Shown: positions 14,488 to 27,507 of the stretch, piece by piece
Layout: each line of letters opens with the position of its first letter
How positions within the stretch are numbered: position 1 is the stretch's first letter
DNA from: Eledone cirrhosa
Lineage: Eukaryota
NCBI GenBank assembly: GCA_964016885.1
Contig: OZ024747.1
Coordinates: forward strand, 38,874,001-38,938,000
Reading direction: 5' to 3'
Length of the DNA stretch: 64,000 nucleotides
Notes under the pieces: generated by a model
What the model saw: the letters and a program-made list of their open reading frames with translations, nothing else
Told to the model about the DNA's origin: nothing
Databases searched by the model: none
Position numbers and translations under genes: made by a program

Positions 14488-17185
14488 CTCTGATGAATTA
14501 TCTGTATTACAACTGCCGCCTAAGTATGCCACATTCAATAAGGTAAATATTATTAGATGTTTGTCAGAAATAGAAAAATCATTTACAAAATTACGTTGGA
14601 GCCTCAAAAACAAAAACAAAAACAAAAGTAACAACATACGCACACACATATACAACACGCATCCCAACAACAACAGACACACAGACACAAACAAGAATAA
14701 CAACAACACACACATCAACAATAATAACATACTCAGAAACAACAACAATAGACACGCAGACACAAACAACAATAACAACACACACAACAATAATAACCTA
14801 CACGAAGACAACAACAACAACACACATCAACAACAACACACATCAACAACAACAACGACAACAACAACAACACGCACACATTCAATGCCTCTCACCTTAA
14901 TCTTAACAAACACACAGGCACAGAAAACAGGTAATGGCAGTAGAACAGAAATAAGGGAAGGTAATAGGATTGAAAGGAGAAGGGAGACTATGGACAGGGA
15001 AAATAACCAAGACGAACACACAGACGCACAAAATAGAGTAGATAATAACAATGAGCCAGAGGAAAGAGACAGGAGTAATAATGAGAGACATAGAAACAAC
15101 CATGAGGCTGATGGTGGAAATAGAAATAGAAACAACACTATTAACAATAACAATAGCACTAGTACACATAAAGCAGCAGCCTGGAAGTCTACTTTTTATA
15201 ATACATCCGAAAAGTCGTTCGACCTGCGACGAGTCCACGCCATGACTTTAGCTTTTAACAAACGCACGCAATTGCCGTCGCAGGGCGATGAACATACAGA
15301 AGCACAATTTAGTATAGCTAGATCTAAACTTAGAAATATTATAGAACAGTATAGCAAGAAGTATAATAGAATGGAGGCCCAGCAACTGGGAGAAAAATCT
15401 GCAAATGGCTTGAGTAAGCTCATGCAGCGTTCGCGTAATGGAGAGATAGCATGCTTTCCAACAGACAAGTCTGGCAGAATGTTGGTTGCCACTCTGCCAA
15501 ACTACATCCAGGTAATCCACCCACATCACTAACACAAGAGAAGTAACACCACAAGGGCATGAGGATAGAGAAAAAGCCCTCAATGCCCATATGGTGATGT
15601 GGACAAATATAATGCAGCCCAATAAAAGGACTGCCAACAAGTTCCAGGCATGGAACAATGATGTGCCGGCGTTGTATGGGCTTCGAAAAGACCATAAAAC
15701 GGGCAGTGACCCTGTCACGGGACCACCACCACGGCTAGTCTGTGGAGCTAACATTGCTAGTAACTACAGACTGTCCTACTCCCTCTCCCTGATCATATGC
15801 CCCATCATTGAAATATCCCCAGATGTACGTGACAGCACGGAGGACCTCCTCAGCAGAATCGACGAGAGTAACCGATCTAGGGACCTAACAAACTGCATAA
15901 TAGGTAGTATGGATATTGTGTCTCTGTATCCATCTATTGACGTGGATTTTGCTGTGGAGAAATGCGTAGAAATGATCAGTAAGAGCAATGTTGAGCAATG
16001 TTGAGTTCCGTTGGATTGATACAAGTGAGCTAGGACTACTACTTAAACTTACCTATAGTATAATTATGTAGACACACATGACCTTATAAACCTGTGCCCT
16101 ACAATACCAACGTGCCAAACGTGTCCCGCATGTGCAACCCCGAAGAACTAGAGAGATTCATACAACACTTCATCCACCGTATGCAGTTTTCTGGTTACAA
16201 TCAGAGAGATAAAATCAGAGTGTATAGAGGAGCCAGAACCAAATGGGAAAAAATGGTAAATAAGGAAACAAATGGGACCTGCCCCTTGTATAGGAGCAAA
16301 TTTTGGAATAGAATAGAACGAACTAGGAATAAGATTAATAGAATAGACTCATGGTATGATATCAATAAATACCAGAGTGTAAAGTTCATCGATACAACCC
16401 CTAAAGGTGAATTAGCTCACAAATTTAGAAGGGCCCTAGATAAACATAAACTCAATATTAAGAGAGTAGAAAGACCAGGTATCTCCATAAAAACACTTAT
16501 TAGCAAGACATACCCTTTTCAAAGACCCCCCTGTATAGATAAGAAATGTATAACCTGTAAATTAAGCCCCCATATTAACTGTAAAACTATAAATCTAGTA
16601 TATAGCATAAGATGTACTGAAGGACAATATAGAGATAAAAATATAGTGTACATAGGTGAGACAGCTCGTAGTGTAGGGGAACGGATAAATGAACACTGGC
16701 GAGACCTTCAAGACAAATCACAGAGGCAATAAACATAAAAGAATTACAACCAAAATTAAATAGAAAACATGAGTGGAACAGCAACATCACAACTTACAAT
16801 TAAGGACAAAATAAAAACACACACGCACATAGAACAAACAACCAACCAGTAATACATGTAAATAAACAAATAAATAAACGAATATAAACACACACAGACA
16901 CCCGGATGTGGCGCATGCGCAGACTGAGCACACAACACACACAGATAAACAAGATGGCGTAGGACAGAACAAAGGAGAGGCACAAAAACAAAGAAAAAAA
17001 TCCACAGTCACTGAAGAGGTCACATAGTGTGTGACGAAAGAACTTTGACAATATATTAACCAACCAACCAATCGGAAATTTATAAATTCCTGAATTTATA
17101 AATTTATTATAATAAATTGAAGTGAACGCAATGGTGCGTGTGTTTCTTATTGACCAACATGACCCTCCCAAAGTATAACAATACA
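14488..17185 (+). mobile_element. Penelope-like retroelement (Neptune-like, decayed): N-terminus, RT, GIY-YIG, pLTR
   Basis: Motifs SDELSVLQLPPKY, PTDKSGRM (PLE DKG-type motif), PALYGLRKDHK..PPRLV and GSMDIVSLYPSID (RT motif A), then linker CIDKKCITC..NC and VYSIRC...YIGETARS...H (GIY-YIG). Contains stops, a deletion of the YxDD region near 16100, and an EN deletion near 16715. Confidence 0.92.
17007..17049 (+). ncRNA. Hammerhead ribozyme in PLE pLTR (family D)
   Basis: GUCA-CUGAAGA-G-GUCACA/UGUGAC-GAAA-GAAC-UU-UGAC. Copies at 13392-13439(-) and 18241-18283(+). Confidence 0.7.
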
Positions 17186-17941
17186 TATATATATATTAAA
17201 ATTTATATTCATGGGTATTTGCTTTAATAATTATTTGTATTATTGGAAGAAGGGCTGTTATTTGCGTGGAGGAAAAGTTGAATTGTTTTAACCTAATACT
17301 TGAATTGTACTTCATTTTATTGACGGTGTCATGATGAATCGTAAAGATAACCTTGGCGGGATTTGAATTCAGGACAGAAAGAGTTATAAACTCAAACTTA
17401 GAATCTCCTGCGTCTTGAGATGAACAAAGCTGCTAATGTGCTTCTATGTCCGCAGTCAGTTGCATCTGTCAATACATCATTCAAACATGTCATGTTTACA
17501 GAGCTAAAAACATTTTGTTCAATGGCGATTCTTTTATTTAGTTATGTTGGAACGGGCGTTAAAATTCAACATTCCCCAAAATATAATAATTTGGAATTAT
17601 ACTAAATAGTTTCCTATAGTATTTCTGTTGTATATTATGGTACGTTCAGTGTCGAAATTTGTTGTTAATGAAAGCGTTTTTCATTTCTGTTTTCTAATAT
17701 TTTATAAATGTTTATTTATGTTTGAGTATATTTCATATTGCATTCAATCTAAAAATTCTTCTGCGTTTGAACTAGATTCCAATTAGTAAATATTAATTTT
17801 TTTAATACATTTTTTAGTCAGATATTTTCCGTTGCATACATTGCAATTATATAATTAATTACATGTACATTGGTATTGAGCAGTGAGTATTTTGTTTTCT
17901 AAAATTCTATTTGGTAATATTACTTTTCAGAGTCATTGTCG

Positions 17942-18030
<89 letters not shown>

Positions 18031-18033
<3 letters not shown>

Positions 18034-18420
18034 GGACAAAATATGTTAAGGACAAAATGAAAACACACACGCACATAGAACAAACAACCAACCAGTAATA
18101 CATCTAAATAAACGAATATAAACACAAACAGACACCCGGATGTGGCGCATGCGCAGACTGAGCACACAACACACACAGAGAAACAAGATGGCGTAGGACA
18201 GAACAAAGGAGAGGCACAAAAGCAAAGAAAAGAATCCACAGTCACTGAAGAGGTCGCATAATATGTGACGAAAGAACTTTGACAATATATAAACAACCAT
18301 CTGGTTGTGGAACCAAGCAACCAACCGGAAATTTATAAACTTATTATAATAAATTGAAGTGAAAACAACTGGTGCGTGTGTCTCCTATTGGCAACATGAC
18401 CCTCCCAAAGTATAACAATA
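18031..18420 (+). mobile_element. Third pLTR copy of the 14.5-17.2 kb PLE
   Basis: Direct repeat of about 16800-17185 ending GACCCTCCCAAAGTATAACAATA. The same terminus recurs at about 48710-48732. Confidence 0.88.
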
Positions 18421-18477
18421 TCGGTTTCAACACACGTTTTCAGATAAAGAATCTTGCTAAACAAATTCAGAAACGAA

Positions 18478-18513
<36 letters not shown>

Positions 18514-19176
18514 ATGTATGTGTGTGTGTGTTGGGGTGTCTGTGCGTGTGCGTGCGGGTGTGTGTATGTGTGCGTGCGTGTGTATGTGTGCCTGTTTGCG
18601 TGTGTATGAGTGTGGGGTGGGCGGGGTGTATGCGTGTTTGTCAAATATCCGTATAGAGCGCTCTTCAGTACTACATATATGAGAATTAATTGAATATAAG
18701 ACTGCTGAGTTTTTGTTTCTACCTTTTAGATTAGACATGCAGGTTAACAAAATGTAAGTTGGATTACCATGCTGCTATAACAAATTGATTTTTCAATGCA
18801 TTGTATCATACTTCTCCCAACAGACTCAGGTACAATTAAAAATAATAGCGAGAAAAGTCCCACGTATCATATATAATTCTCTAGGACAAACATTAATAGG
18901 ACGAATATGATTTTTATCTTAGCCACAAGCCTAGAATTGTGGAATTATGGAATAATTAAGCATGTAACTCGACTCTAGTATTTGGCTAGCAATTCTAAAT
19001 TAACCTCAGAGGAATAAAAGGTAAACAACATCACAGTTGGATGAGAAATCTAAAATAAATGTATTGATTTGTATGTGATATAAAGGATTTTTCTTTACAA
19101 ATACACGGATTGCATTTTTGAATCGTCTATTAATTCCATGCTAGTTTACTAATTCATTATATATATATATATATAT

Positions 19177-19774
19177 ATAATATAAGATCAAAAGATGGTT
19201 AAAAGAGTTCTAAGTATTTTATTATGCGCATTTCAAAAACAAATATCATCATGGGATGATATCTGAGTTTTCATCAGATAAAATAGGGATACATGATATG
19301 AAGCTTAAACAACACTTGTGAATAGTGAAGTTTTAAATCAACATATGAAACATAATTTAAGATTGATGTATGTATCACCCATCTCTCCTCCTCTCTCACC
19401 CTTCCTTCTTATACTCCTCCCCAACCATTCTTTACTCTCATCTCCTCCTCTTCCTTACCTTTTCCACACACCCCCCTCACTTTTTCCCAATCTGATACAT
19501 CAATCTTAAATTATTTTTCATATGTTGATTTAAAACTTCACTATTCACAAGTGTTTTTTAAGTTTCATATCATGTATCCCTATTTTATCTGATGAAAACG
19601 CAGATATCATCCCATGATGATATTTGTTTTTGAAATGCGCATAATAAAATACTTGGAACTCTTTTAACCATCCTTCGATCTTATATTATTTATACTCCAG
19701 TCCTACAAACTGTAGAGTGCTACTTATCCGATATTTGCATTGCTTTATTGTGCTACAATAAAACTCACCTCCTA

Positions 19775-19777
<3 letters not shown>
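19177..19777 (+). repeat. Family E asymmetric fold-back element (arms 19177-19371 / 19495-19689, tail 19690-19777)
   Basis: Reverse-complement arms, pyrimidine-rich spacer, (TA)n at both ends. Related pieces at about 54356-54405 and 54998-55165. Confidence 0.9.
19581..19651 (+). ncRNA. Minimal type I hammerhead ribozyme (family E)
   Basis: UAUUUUAU-CUGAUGA-AAACGCAGAUAUCAUC CCAU GAUGAUAUUUGUUUUU-GAAA-UGCGCA-UA-AUAAAAUA. Perfect 8-bp stem I, long stem II, palindromic loop III. Antisense copy at 19215-19285(-). Confidence 0.85.
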
Positions 19778-19838
<61 letters not shown>

Positions 19839-19954
19839 AGTGCAACTTGGAGTTACTGCAGGTTAACCCGGGTGAGCACTCGATGTTTAGGTTCACTTCT
19901 GTGTTGAGGTATAGAGCTATAGAGAGTGTAACATATTATTATATTAACAGACGA

Positions 19955-22625
19955 GATCCCCTCCTTGGACGGTGGCTTATATCGTGACGATGCCCTACTA
20001 ATGACCCGGGCACTCAATAATAGCCAATTAGATAGACTACACAAACGACTTAGGTACATCTTTAAGACTCAAGGATTAGCGGTAGAAATTGAACCTAACA
20101 GTAGGAGAGTAAACTTTTTAGATGTCACCCTAGAATTAGACTCAGGTCTCTACCGTCCATACCACGAATCTAATAAAAATCTTAAATACGTCAACAGACA
20201 CTCCAACCACCCTACGAGCATAATTAACTCAATAGTTAAAAGCGTCTCCAATAGAGTGTCCACCCTGTCGGCTAATATAAATATATTCAACCAGCACGCG
20301 GAATACTACATCTCCGATCTTGTAAACGCTGGTTACATTGAGGTTTCTTACATCGACCCAAATAGAACCGTAACGCCGCCAAACATAACCGGACCCTTAG
20401 AAACAAACATAGAAGAGGTCACCACATCTAGAACAAATAATAACCTAAGACCCTCTGTAGCCGGAAGGGCAGCCAGCGTCACACGCAACCGTCAAGGTGA
20501 TAAAGCCATACTCTCCAACCCCAATAAGGACTCCGACTATCGCACACGTTTACGTAGTAATTAGAGACAAAAGACATAATGCCAATAGATTACTAGGAAC
20601 CCCTACGACACATCCGCCTGACCAAAACGCACCTACGCCACCATCTAACAAGAAAAACCTCACTAAACACCGCAGAGCCCGAAGTAGACCTATCAGATGG
20701 TACAACGCGCCGTATTCTATACACGTTGCCACCAATATACCGGGAACCTTCTTTAGGGCGCTTGAACAATCTTTTCCACACACACATAAATACCACAAGC
20801 TCTTCAATAGACACACTGTAAAAGTCTCTTTCTCCACAGCACCAAATCTAGACCACACAATAGCACACACTAATAGGACAAAAATACGAAAACACATGGT
20901 TGCTCCACAACAAATCACTACCACAAACCAGAACGAAACCACATACACAACACCCACATGCCAGCTCCACACAGCACGCCACCAACCGGCAACGTGCCAC
21001 CACACCGGTAACACCCAACTGCAACTGCAAAAAAACGGGCTGAATGCCCACTAAACGGGGAGTGCCTCGTTAAAAACATTGTTTACCGGTGTGATGTCAC
21101 AGCCGGCAATAAAGAGTACTCATATATAGGTGCGACCTCCACTACATTTAAGGAGCGCTGGTATAACCATACAAGCTCCTTTAAACATAGGCTGAAACGA
21201 TCCCAAACCAGATTGGCCGACTTGATTTGGGACCTCATGGACAAGAACATCGAATCCCAGGTCACATGGTCAGTCAAAAGACGCGTGGCGCAACTCCCCA
21301 GTGACAGAAACCACTGCAGGTTATGCCTGGCCGAGGCGGCAGAAATAATTAAATTAAAATCTGCCATAAACTATAGGTCAGACATAATTGTCAATTGCAG
21401 ACACACCAGGATGAACACATTTTCTGCACAAACATTGCGCGGAGAGCCGCACACTATCCATGACCCAGCATAATAATAACCACCTCTGCCCCGTATCACC
21501 ATCCCTCATTTCAGTGATTTGATTTTATTGTATTCCATGTAACCATTTGTAAGCCCGTTTTTGTATACCATGCCGCATACATCACCCCCACCAAAAATCA
21601 CATCGCCATACACCCCTCATCTTTGCAACATTGTGTTCTATCTGTCCTCTCTGTCAGGTTTTACCTTGCAAACCATAGTAACATCCGATCATACCACCCA
21701 TCGCCACCACCACCGCCACCACCACCACCACTGCACACATCGTTATATGTCTACCATCCCAAACCCGCAACCTTACTCCCCATGACCCCTCTGTCTACCC
21801 TAACCTACAACGCCACAAAAAATTCGATCCTGTATGTTTGCACACACCGCCACCGCCACCACTAGATGCATCCACATACTTCAACGATCACTAACATCAT
21901 TAACATCATCAACACATATCATCCCTTTACTCACAGAACGACTGTGTTACATCTGCTCTCTCCCTATGCTTTACTCTGTAACCCACCGTAACATCTGATC
22001 ATGTAATCATATTGTTGAACATATCACCCTATCACCACCACCACCATGACCACACACATCGCTATACGTCCACAAACTTCTTTCCCCCGTGTTCCCTATG
22101 TTACCTTTTAACCATCGTATTATTCGATCCTGTATATTTTTGTCGCTCACAACTCCACCACCTCCACCACAAGTCACAAGTCCATACCTCAACATTCATT
22201 AACTTCATTAACATCGCCAACACATACCTTCCCTCTCGAACCAACGCAAGTGTGTGTGTCTGTGTGTAAGTATTTTATATATGTGTGCGTATATATATAC
22301 AGATGAGCATATATATGCATATTGATATATGTACGTGTGGGTGTATATGATCGCGTGTATGTGTGTGTATATAGGTGTGTATGTATATATGTCAGTACAT
22401 ATGCGCATGTGTATATATACACAACGTATTTATCAGACTAAGAGTGTCTAGGTGTGTATCTCCCCATCGACTTGACACCACCAACACATCCACCACACCA
22501 CCACACACGCCACTACCATAAACAACAACACCACAACCACACCCCACACAACACAATAACCAGCCACAAACATACGCCAACCTGTCTACCGACAATCCAC
22601 TACCACCACACCACAGCCCACGCCA

Positions 22626-22628
<3 letters not shown>
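19955..22628 (+). mobile_element. Second Penelope-like element (5'-truncated): RT C-half, GIY-YIG, long CA-rich 3' region
   Basis: RT motifs GLYRDDALL and VNFLDVTL...YVNRHSNHP, then WYNAPYS...KVSFS. From about 21020 the frame reads CNC..CPLNGECLVKNIVYRCDV...YIGATSTTFKERWYNH...CRLCLAE. Frameshifted. Ends at (TA)n. Confidence 0.9.
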
Positions 22629-22665
<37 letters not shown>

Positions 22666-24340
22666 GTACATATAGATACACACACACATATATATATATA
22701 TGACAAGTATATATGACAAGTAAATATGTTTGGAAACAGCGAGGGAGTTTGAAAATAGAAATAGAGGCCTTCGCTGTATTTTCTACTAAAGAAATGTTGG
22801 TAGAACACTGAAGAGATATCTTTCCATTGAATTCTCCTCAGTGCTCCTTTATCCTGCCGCCTATGTCGACTATTTCATCATGCATCCTATACTCTACACT
22901 ACGTTTCTGAAGGGAATATAATTATACAATAGTTAATATCTGAGCTGGCAACGATTAAATAGTAAAGTTTCCAAAGCATATTTGAATTCAAAATTGAACA
23001 AGAAAATCGTAGCCATGCTGGTTTTCTTCGTCTTATATTTCTCTTGTCTTACAACTTTCTTACTCCGTCTCTGTACTTTCAATAAATCCTTATACATTAT
23101 AAATATAATCGATATTAAATACACAACATATACGCGTTTTTATAACGTATAAAGATTGATTGCTTGAAGAAAAATATATATTTTTATATATAAGTTATAT
23201 TATATAGTCAAAACTTCATTATGAACATATACACTTGCAACAATTATGTGTTTCTAAAACTTGACTAACTTATAAAATATCTGTCCGACTCTTAACAAGT
23301 ACTGCATGAAAAAACTGCTGGTGATAGTAGAAAATTCGTTACAACTCATTATTGAAACCGAATTTAAAAATATATATAATATACGAAAGATATAAAATAA
23401 CATATTTCAATAACATAAGCAGAATTCATCGATTTGGTTAATATTTGAAAGAGTATAAAATTTGTAACATCTAAATTTACATAAAATATTTCGAAGGAAT
23501 AAGTAATTTGATGTAGAAAACAAAAAAGGCGATTAGAAATAAATTGATATTTCTAAGAGTCTGAGAGTATTTGAGGGATATGGTTTTAACAAATTCGGAG
23601 ATGCGTCAGAAGTGCGAAGTAAATTGTAATCATATTTTTAAAATTTCGGAAGATAAGTCAATAACATTTCATTTTATTGATTTCACGAGCCTATTTATCA
23701 ATATCCGATCTATTTCATATTTATCTACAGCATAGCGAAATATGTAATATTTTTGACATTTACTTGCATGAAATTTTTATTCCTTTTTTATCAGTTATCG
23801 ATGATAAAATCACGTAAGTAGATGTATTTCATCGATTAATTGATATGTGTGTAAATTGACAACCGTTCTATGTGTTGTATTATCAGTTTAAAAGGGGAAA
23901 GGAGCAGGAGTCGTCAATCAACATAATTCTTGCGTAAGATATAGTTGAAGGCTTTATGAAGCATTCGGCGAATGTTTACTTCTATGATCATCTGTGGACA
24001 GAAACCAACTAAAAAGAATCGATATTCGCAAACAATTATATAACTAGCCTATTTTGTTGTGATATTTATTTATCATATATGATTGAATTCTGTTGTCAAT
24101 TATTTGTTGTATCAGATTGCAATCGGATATTTTGCCTGTTTTAGATTATTTTATGTACGATTGTTATTAAGTGTTTTATTTTATATCGATTTTCGTTTTC
24201 ATAATGTTCAGATAGCCGTGCAGAATCTGCCGAAAATTCAATATCGATAAGATAGAGGACAGTTGTGCTCTAATTCTATGGTCACATATTGGGAAAATTT
24301 GAAGTTTGAAATGTGTGCATCCCAATGCAAATGACATACA

Positions 24341-24520
24341 GGCAGTGTATTGGCAGTATCGGTAGAGGGTCGGACGCGTAGAGTTACGGCCCTTGCCATT
24401 CTGAGTTCAAATCCCTCCGAGGTTAACTTTGCCTTTCATCCTTATGGGGTCGATAAAATAAAGTACCAGTAATGCACTAGTTAATTGTTGGCCTTGTGCC
24501 AAAAGTAGCAACAATTATTA
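24341..24520 (+). mobile_element. tRNA-derived SINE
   Basis: TGGCAGTATCGG A-box, GAGTTCAAATCCC B-box, same body as 3111-3296. A diverged inverted copy lies at about 24600-24680. Confidence 0.85.
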
Positions 24521-25140
24521 ATAATGATAACGTCTTCAGATTTAGTCACAAGACCGCCAATGTTTTGTCGAGCGGTGAGTCGATTAAATTGACTTGCGTT
24601 GCGGGTACTTTAGTTTATCGCCCACGTAAGGATAGAATGCAAAGTTAACCACGGCTGGATTTGAACTCAGAACGTAAAGAGTCTTAATAATAATTTCTTC
24701 CTTTTGCACGCATTTCTCACAATAAGAAAACACTAAAGATGACACAAGTGTGTACAATGTGGGTTTTTATCCCATAAAAGAAGTTTAAAAACAACAACAA
24801 ACGTTAAATATTCCAACAAATCAAATTCTCTAGTAGGGTAGAGGTTTTCAACGGTCACTTCTGGGGAAAACTCGAATGAAGTTACGGTCATCCTGATCCC
24901 TATGGCAAATTCCGCTTCCAAGCTGTCGTTCTCTAATTTACAGGCGCATACTCAAAAGATGCCCATTCACTCTAGCCACACTCACCACTCTCACTCATAT
25001 TACAACAAAGTGGTTGGGAACCAATACAGGAATTCATTTCAATATGATTGAACTGCTGGGTTTAGTGCTCCAACTAATTCCATATAAAGTATGTATATAT
25101 ATATATATATATATAATTATATATATATATAATTATGTAA

Positions 25141-25362
25141 TTATGTATGCTGGATATCACGCTGCGTGACAAGAAGAAAAAACACTTGGTTCCGACAACA
25201 CACTTGAATCAGCGATGCAATAACAACCATAAAGACGGGCAAACACAGATGGGCTGGCCTCATCACACGACACAGTGATAACAGATAGACGAGAAGAGTG
25301 AAATTGTGGGCACCAAGAAAATGGACAACATCAAATAGGCGTCCAAGGATAAAATGGCGTGC
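25141..25362 (+). mobile_element. RTE-type LINE C-terminal fragment
   Basis: Plus frame reads MLDITLRDKKKNTWFRQ...KHRWAGLITRHSDNR*TRRVKLWAPR...RRPRIKWR, the typical RTE C-terminal pattern. Confidence 0.7.
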
Positions 25363-25377
25363 GCCCACACCCACACT

Positions 25378-25429
<52 letters not shown>

Positions 25430-25431
<2 letters not shown>

Positions 25432-25911
25432 GATTGGTGCTCTGAAATAGCGATGAATACATGAATGTATGTATAGTATATTTGGTAATATACCGTATGT
25501 TTAATTAAAAACATTTTGAAGACCATGCGCTATCGGTTTTAAAGTAGTGACTATGTCACTTACTTCTTTTCGGCGAAAAAAGAGGAGAGAAGCTAACTGT
25601 CTGTTTCACGCTGTTTGGCGATCATCAGAGCCACGCACTCCCTGCTTCTTGCTTTCACGCACAACCTGGACCGGCAATTTTCTGTATAATCAGCCCATTA
25701 TTATTACTGGAATTCTCTATGAATCCAGCTTCTATAATTTTTGTCGGAACCAGGGAGTGTTTTGCTCTGATGATCGCCAAATAGCGTGAAACAGACTGTT
25801 AGCTTTTCTCCCTTCTTTCGCCGAAAAGAAGTAAGTCACATAGTAACTACTTTAAAACCGACAGCGTATGGTCTGCAAAATGTTTTGCCAAATATACTAT
25901 ACATACATTCA
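25430..25911 (-). repeat. Family F asymmetric fold-back element (tail 25430-25461, arms 25462-25631 / 25764-25911)
   Basis: Reverse-complement arms with TA-rich flanks. A second, rearranged copy lies at about 38213-38580. Confidence 0.85.
25764..25803 (+). ncRNA. Hammerhead ribozyme (family F)
   Basis: GCU-CUGAUGA-UCGC CAAAUA GCGU-GAAAC AGACU GUU-AGC. Copies at 25592-25631(-) and 38371-38410(-). Confidence 0.7.
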
Positions 25912-26191
25912 AATATATATGTATGTATGTATTTATATACTATCATAATTGAAGTGCGTTATATTGTAGGATATATTTTATAGGTTGTAATTTGTGTTTG
26001 GTGGGAGTGAAAATACGTAAAACAAAGAGATAATTCATTTTACATTATACCAATTACTTCCAATGTCAATTTTAATTAATATTTTATCGAAATTTGTGTC
26101 ACCAGTATTATCTCCATGTTCATATAAAATAATATATCCCCTCCTTCTAAATCCCACTCTCTCACCGTCTCTGCTCTCTACATACCCCCCC

Positions 26192-26677
<486 letters not shown>

Positions 26678-27191
26678 ATACATATCTTTACATTCTTTAT
26701 TCAATAGAAAATCTGAATTCTGACACCCCAGCGAACTAACCATATTCACTAAACCAGAACAATTCTTCTATCCAATTTCTCTTGACCATTATCTTTTACT
26801 TGTCATAAAATTCTCTAAAAAGGCTACAGAATAGATTTCCAAATAAGGGTGCGAAAATTTAATGAAAACTTCTTCACGTGACAGCCATAATTTCATTTAT
26901 AACCAATCAAATTATGTTTAGTAAAAAAAAGCCTTCGTGAGCCCCCTTTTTTTAAGTAAAACGAATTCAAACACTCATATATGAAAAAAACAACCTGTGA
27001 CCCCCTCCCCCCCTTGTTTGAAGAACTTTGTAACGCGAACTGGCGCGAAATTTATTATAATTTTTGACCAACCAATCAAATTACTTCTGGAAAAAACCTG
27101 GCATTTCGAGCCACTTTTTCCATATAAAACAAGTAACATTCAGAGACCAACCAGATGTGAGAAAAACCACAGACCCTCCATCTCAACTCTA

Positions 27192-27227
27192 CTTTTGAAA
27201 AGCAGAAGAACTGCGAAACCGGTAAAG
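27192..27227 (+). ncRNA. Variant minimal hammerhead with U3-A8 core (family G)
   Basis: CUU-UUGAAAA-GCAG AAGAA CUGC-GAAA-CCGG-UA-AAG. Copy at 41901-41936. Lies in a repeat ending AAAACCTCACTTTCT next to (TA)n (27150-27363, 41795-42071; partial at 5687-5785). Confidence 0.6.
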
Positions 27228-27358
27228 GAACCAAATAAATATATATATTTTTTTAAAAATAAGACTCCAGTTGCATTTTCGATTTCATCTTTCTTTCTTT
27301 ATACTTTCACTCGTGTAGGACACCTCGGTTATTTTTCATTTTGTAAAAAAAACCTCAC

Positions 27359-27405
<47 letters not shown>

Positions 27406-27463
27406 TATATACATACACAGACACAGACACATATATATATATATATAAAGAGAGAGAGCGAGT

Positions 27464-27507
<44 letters not shown>

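Larger units (their letters stand above)
12477..17944. repeat. Large inverted repeat (arms about 12477-14440 and 16119-17944) made of the PLE 3' half plus about 760 bp of flanking DNA
   Basis: 12477 TGTCGACAATGACTTTGAAAAG is the reverse complement of CTTTTCAGAGTCATTGTCGACA 17944. Homology is continuous through the flank, pLTR and EN region. Confidence 0.92.
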
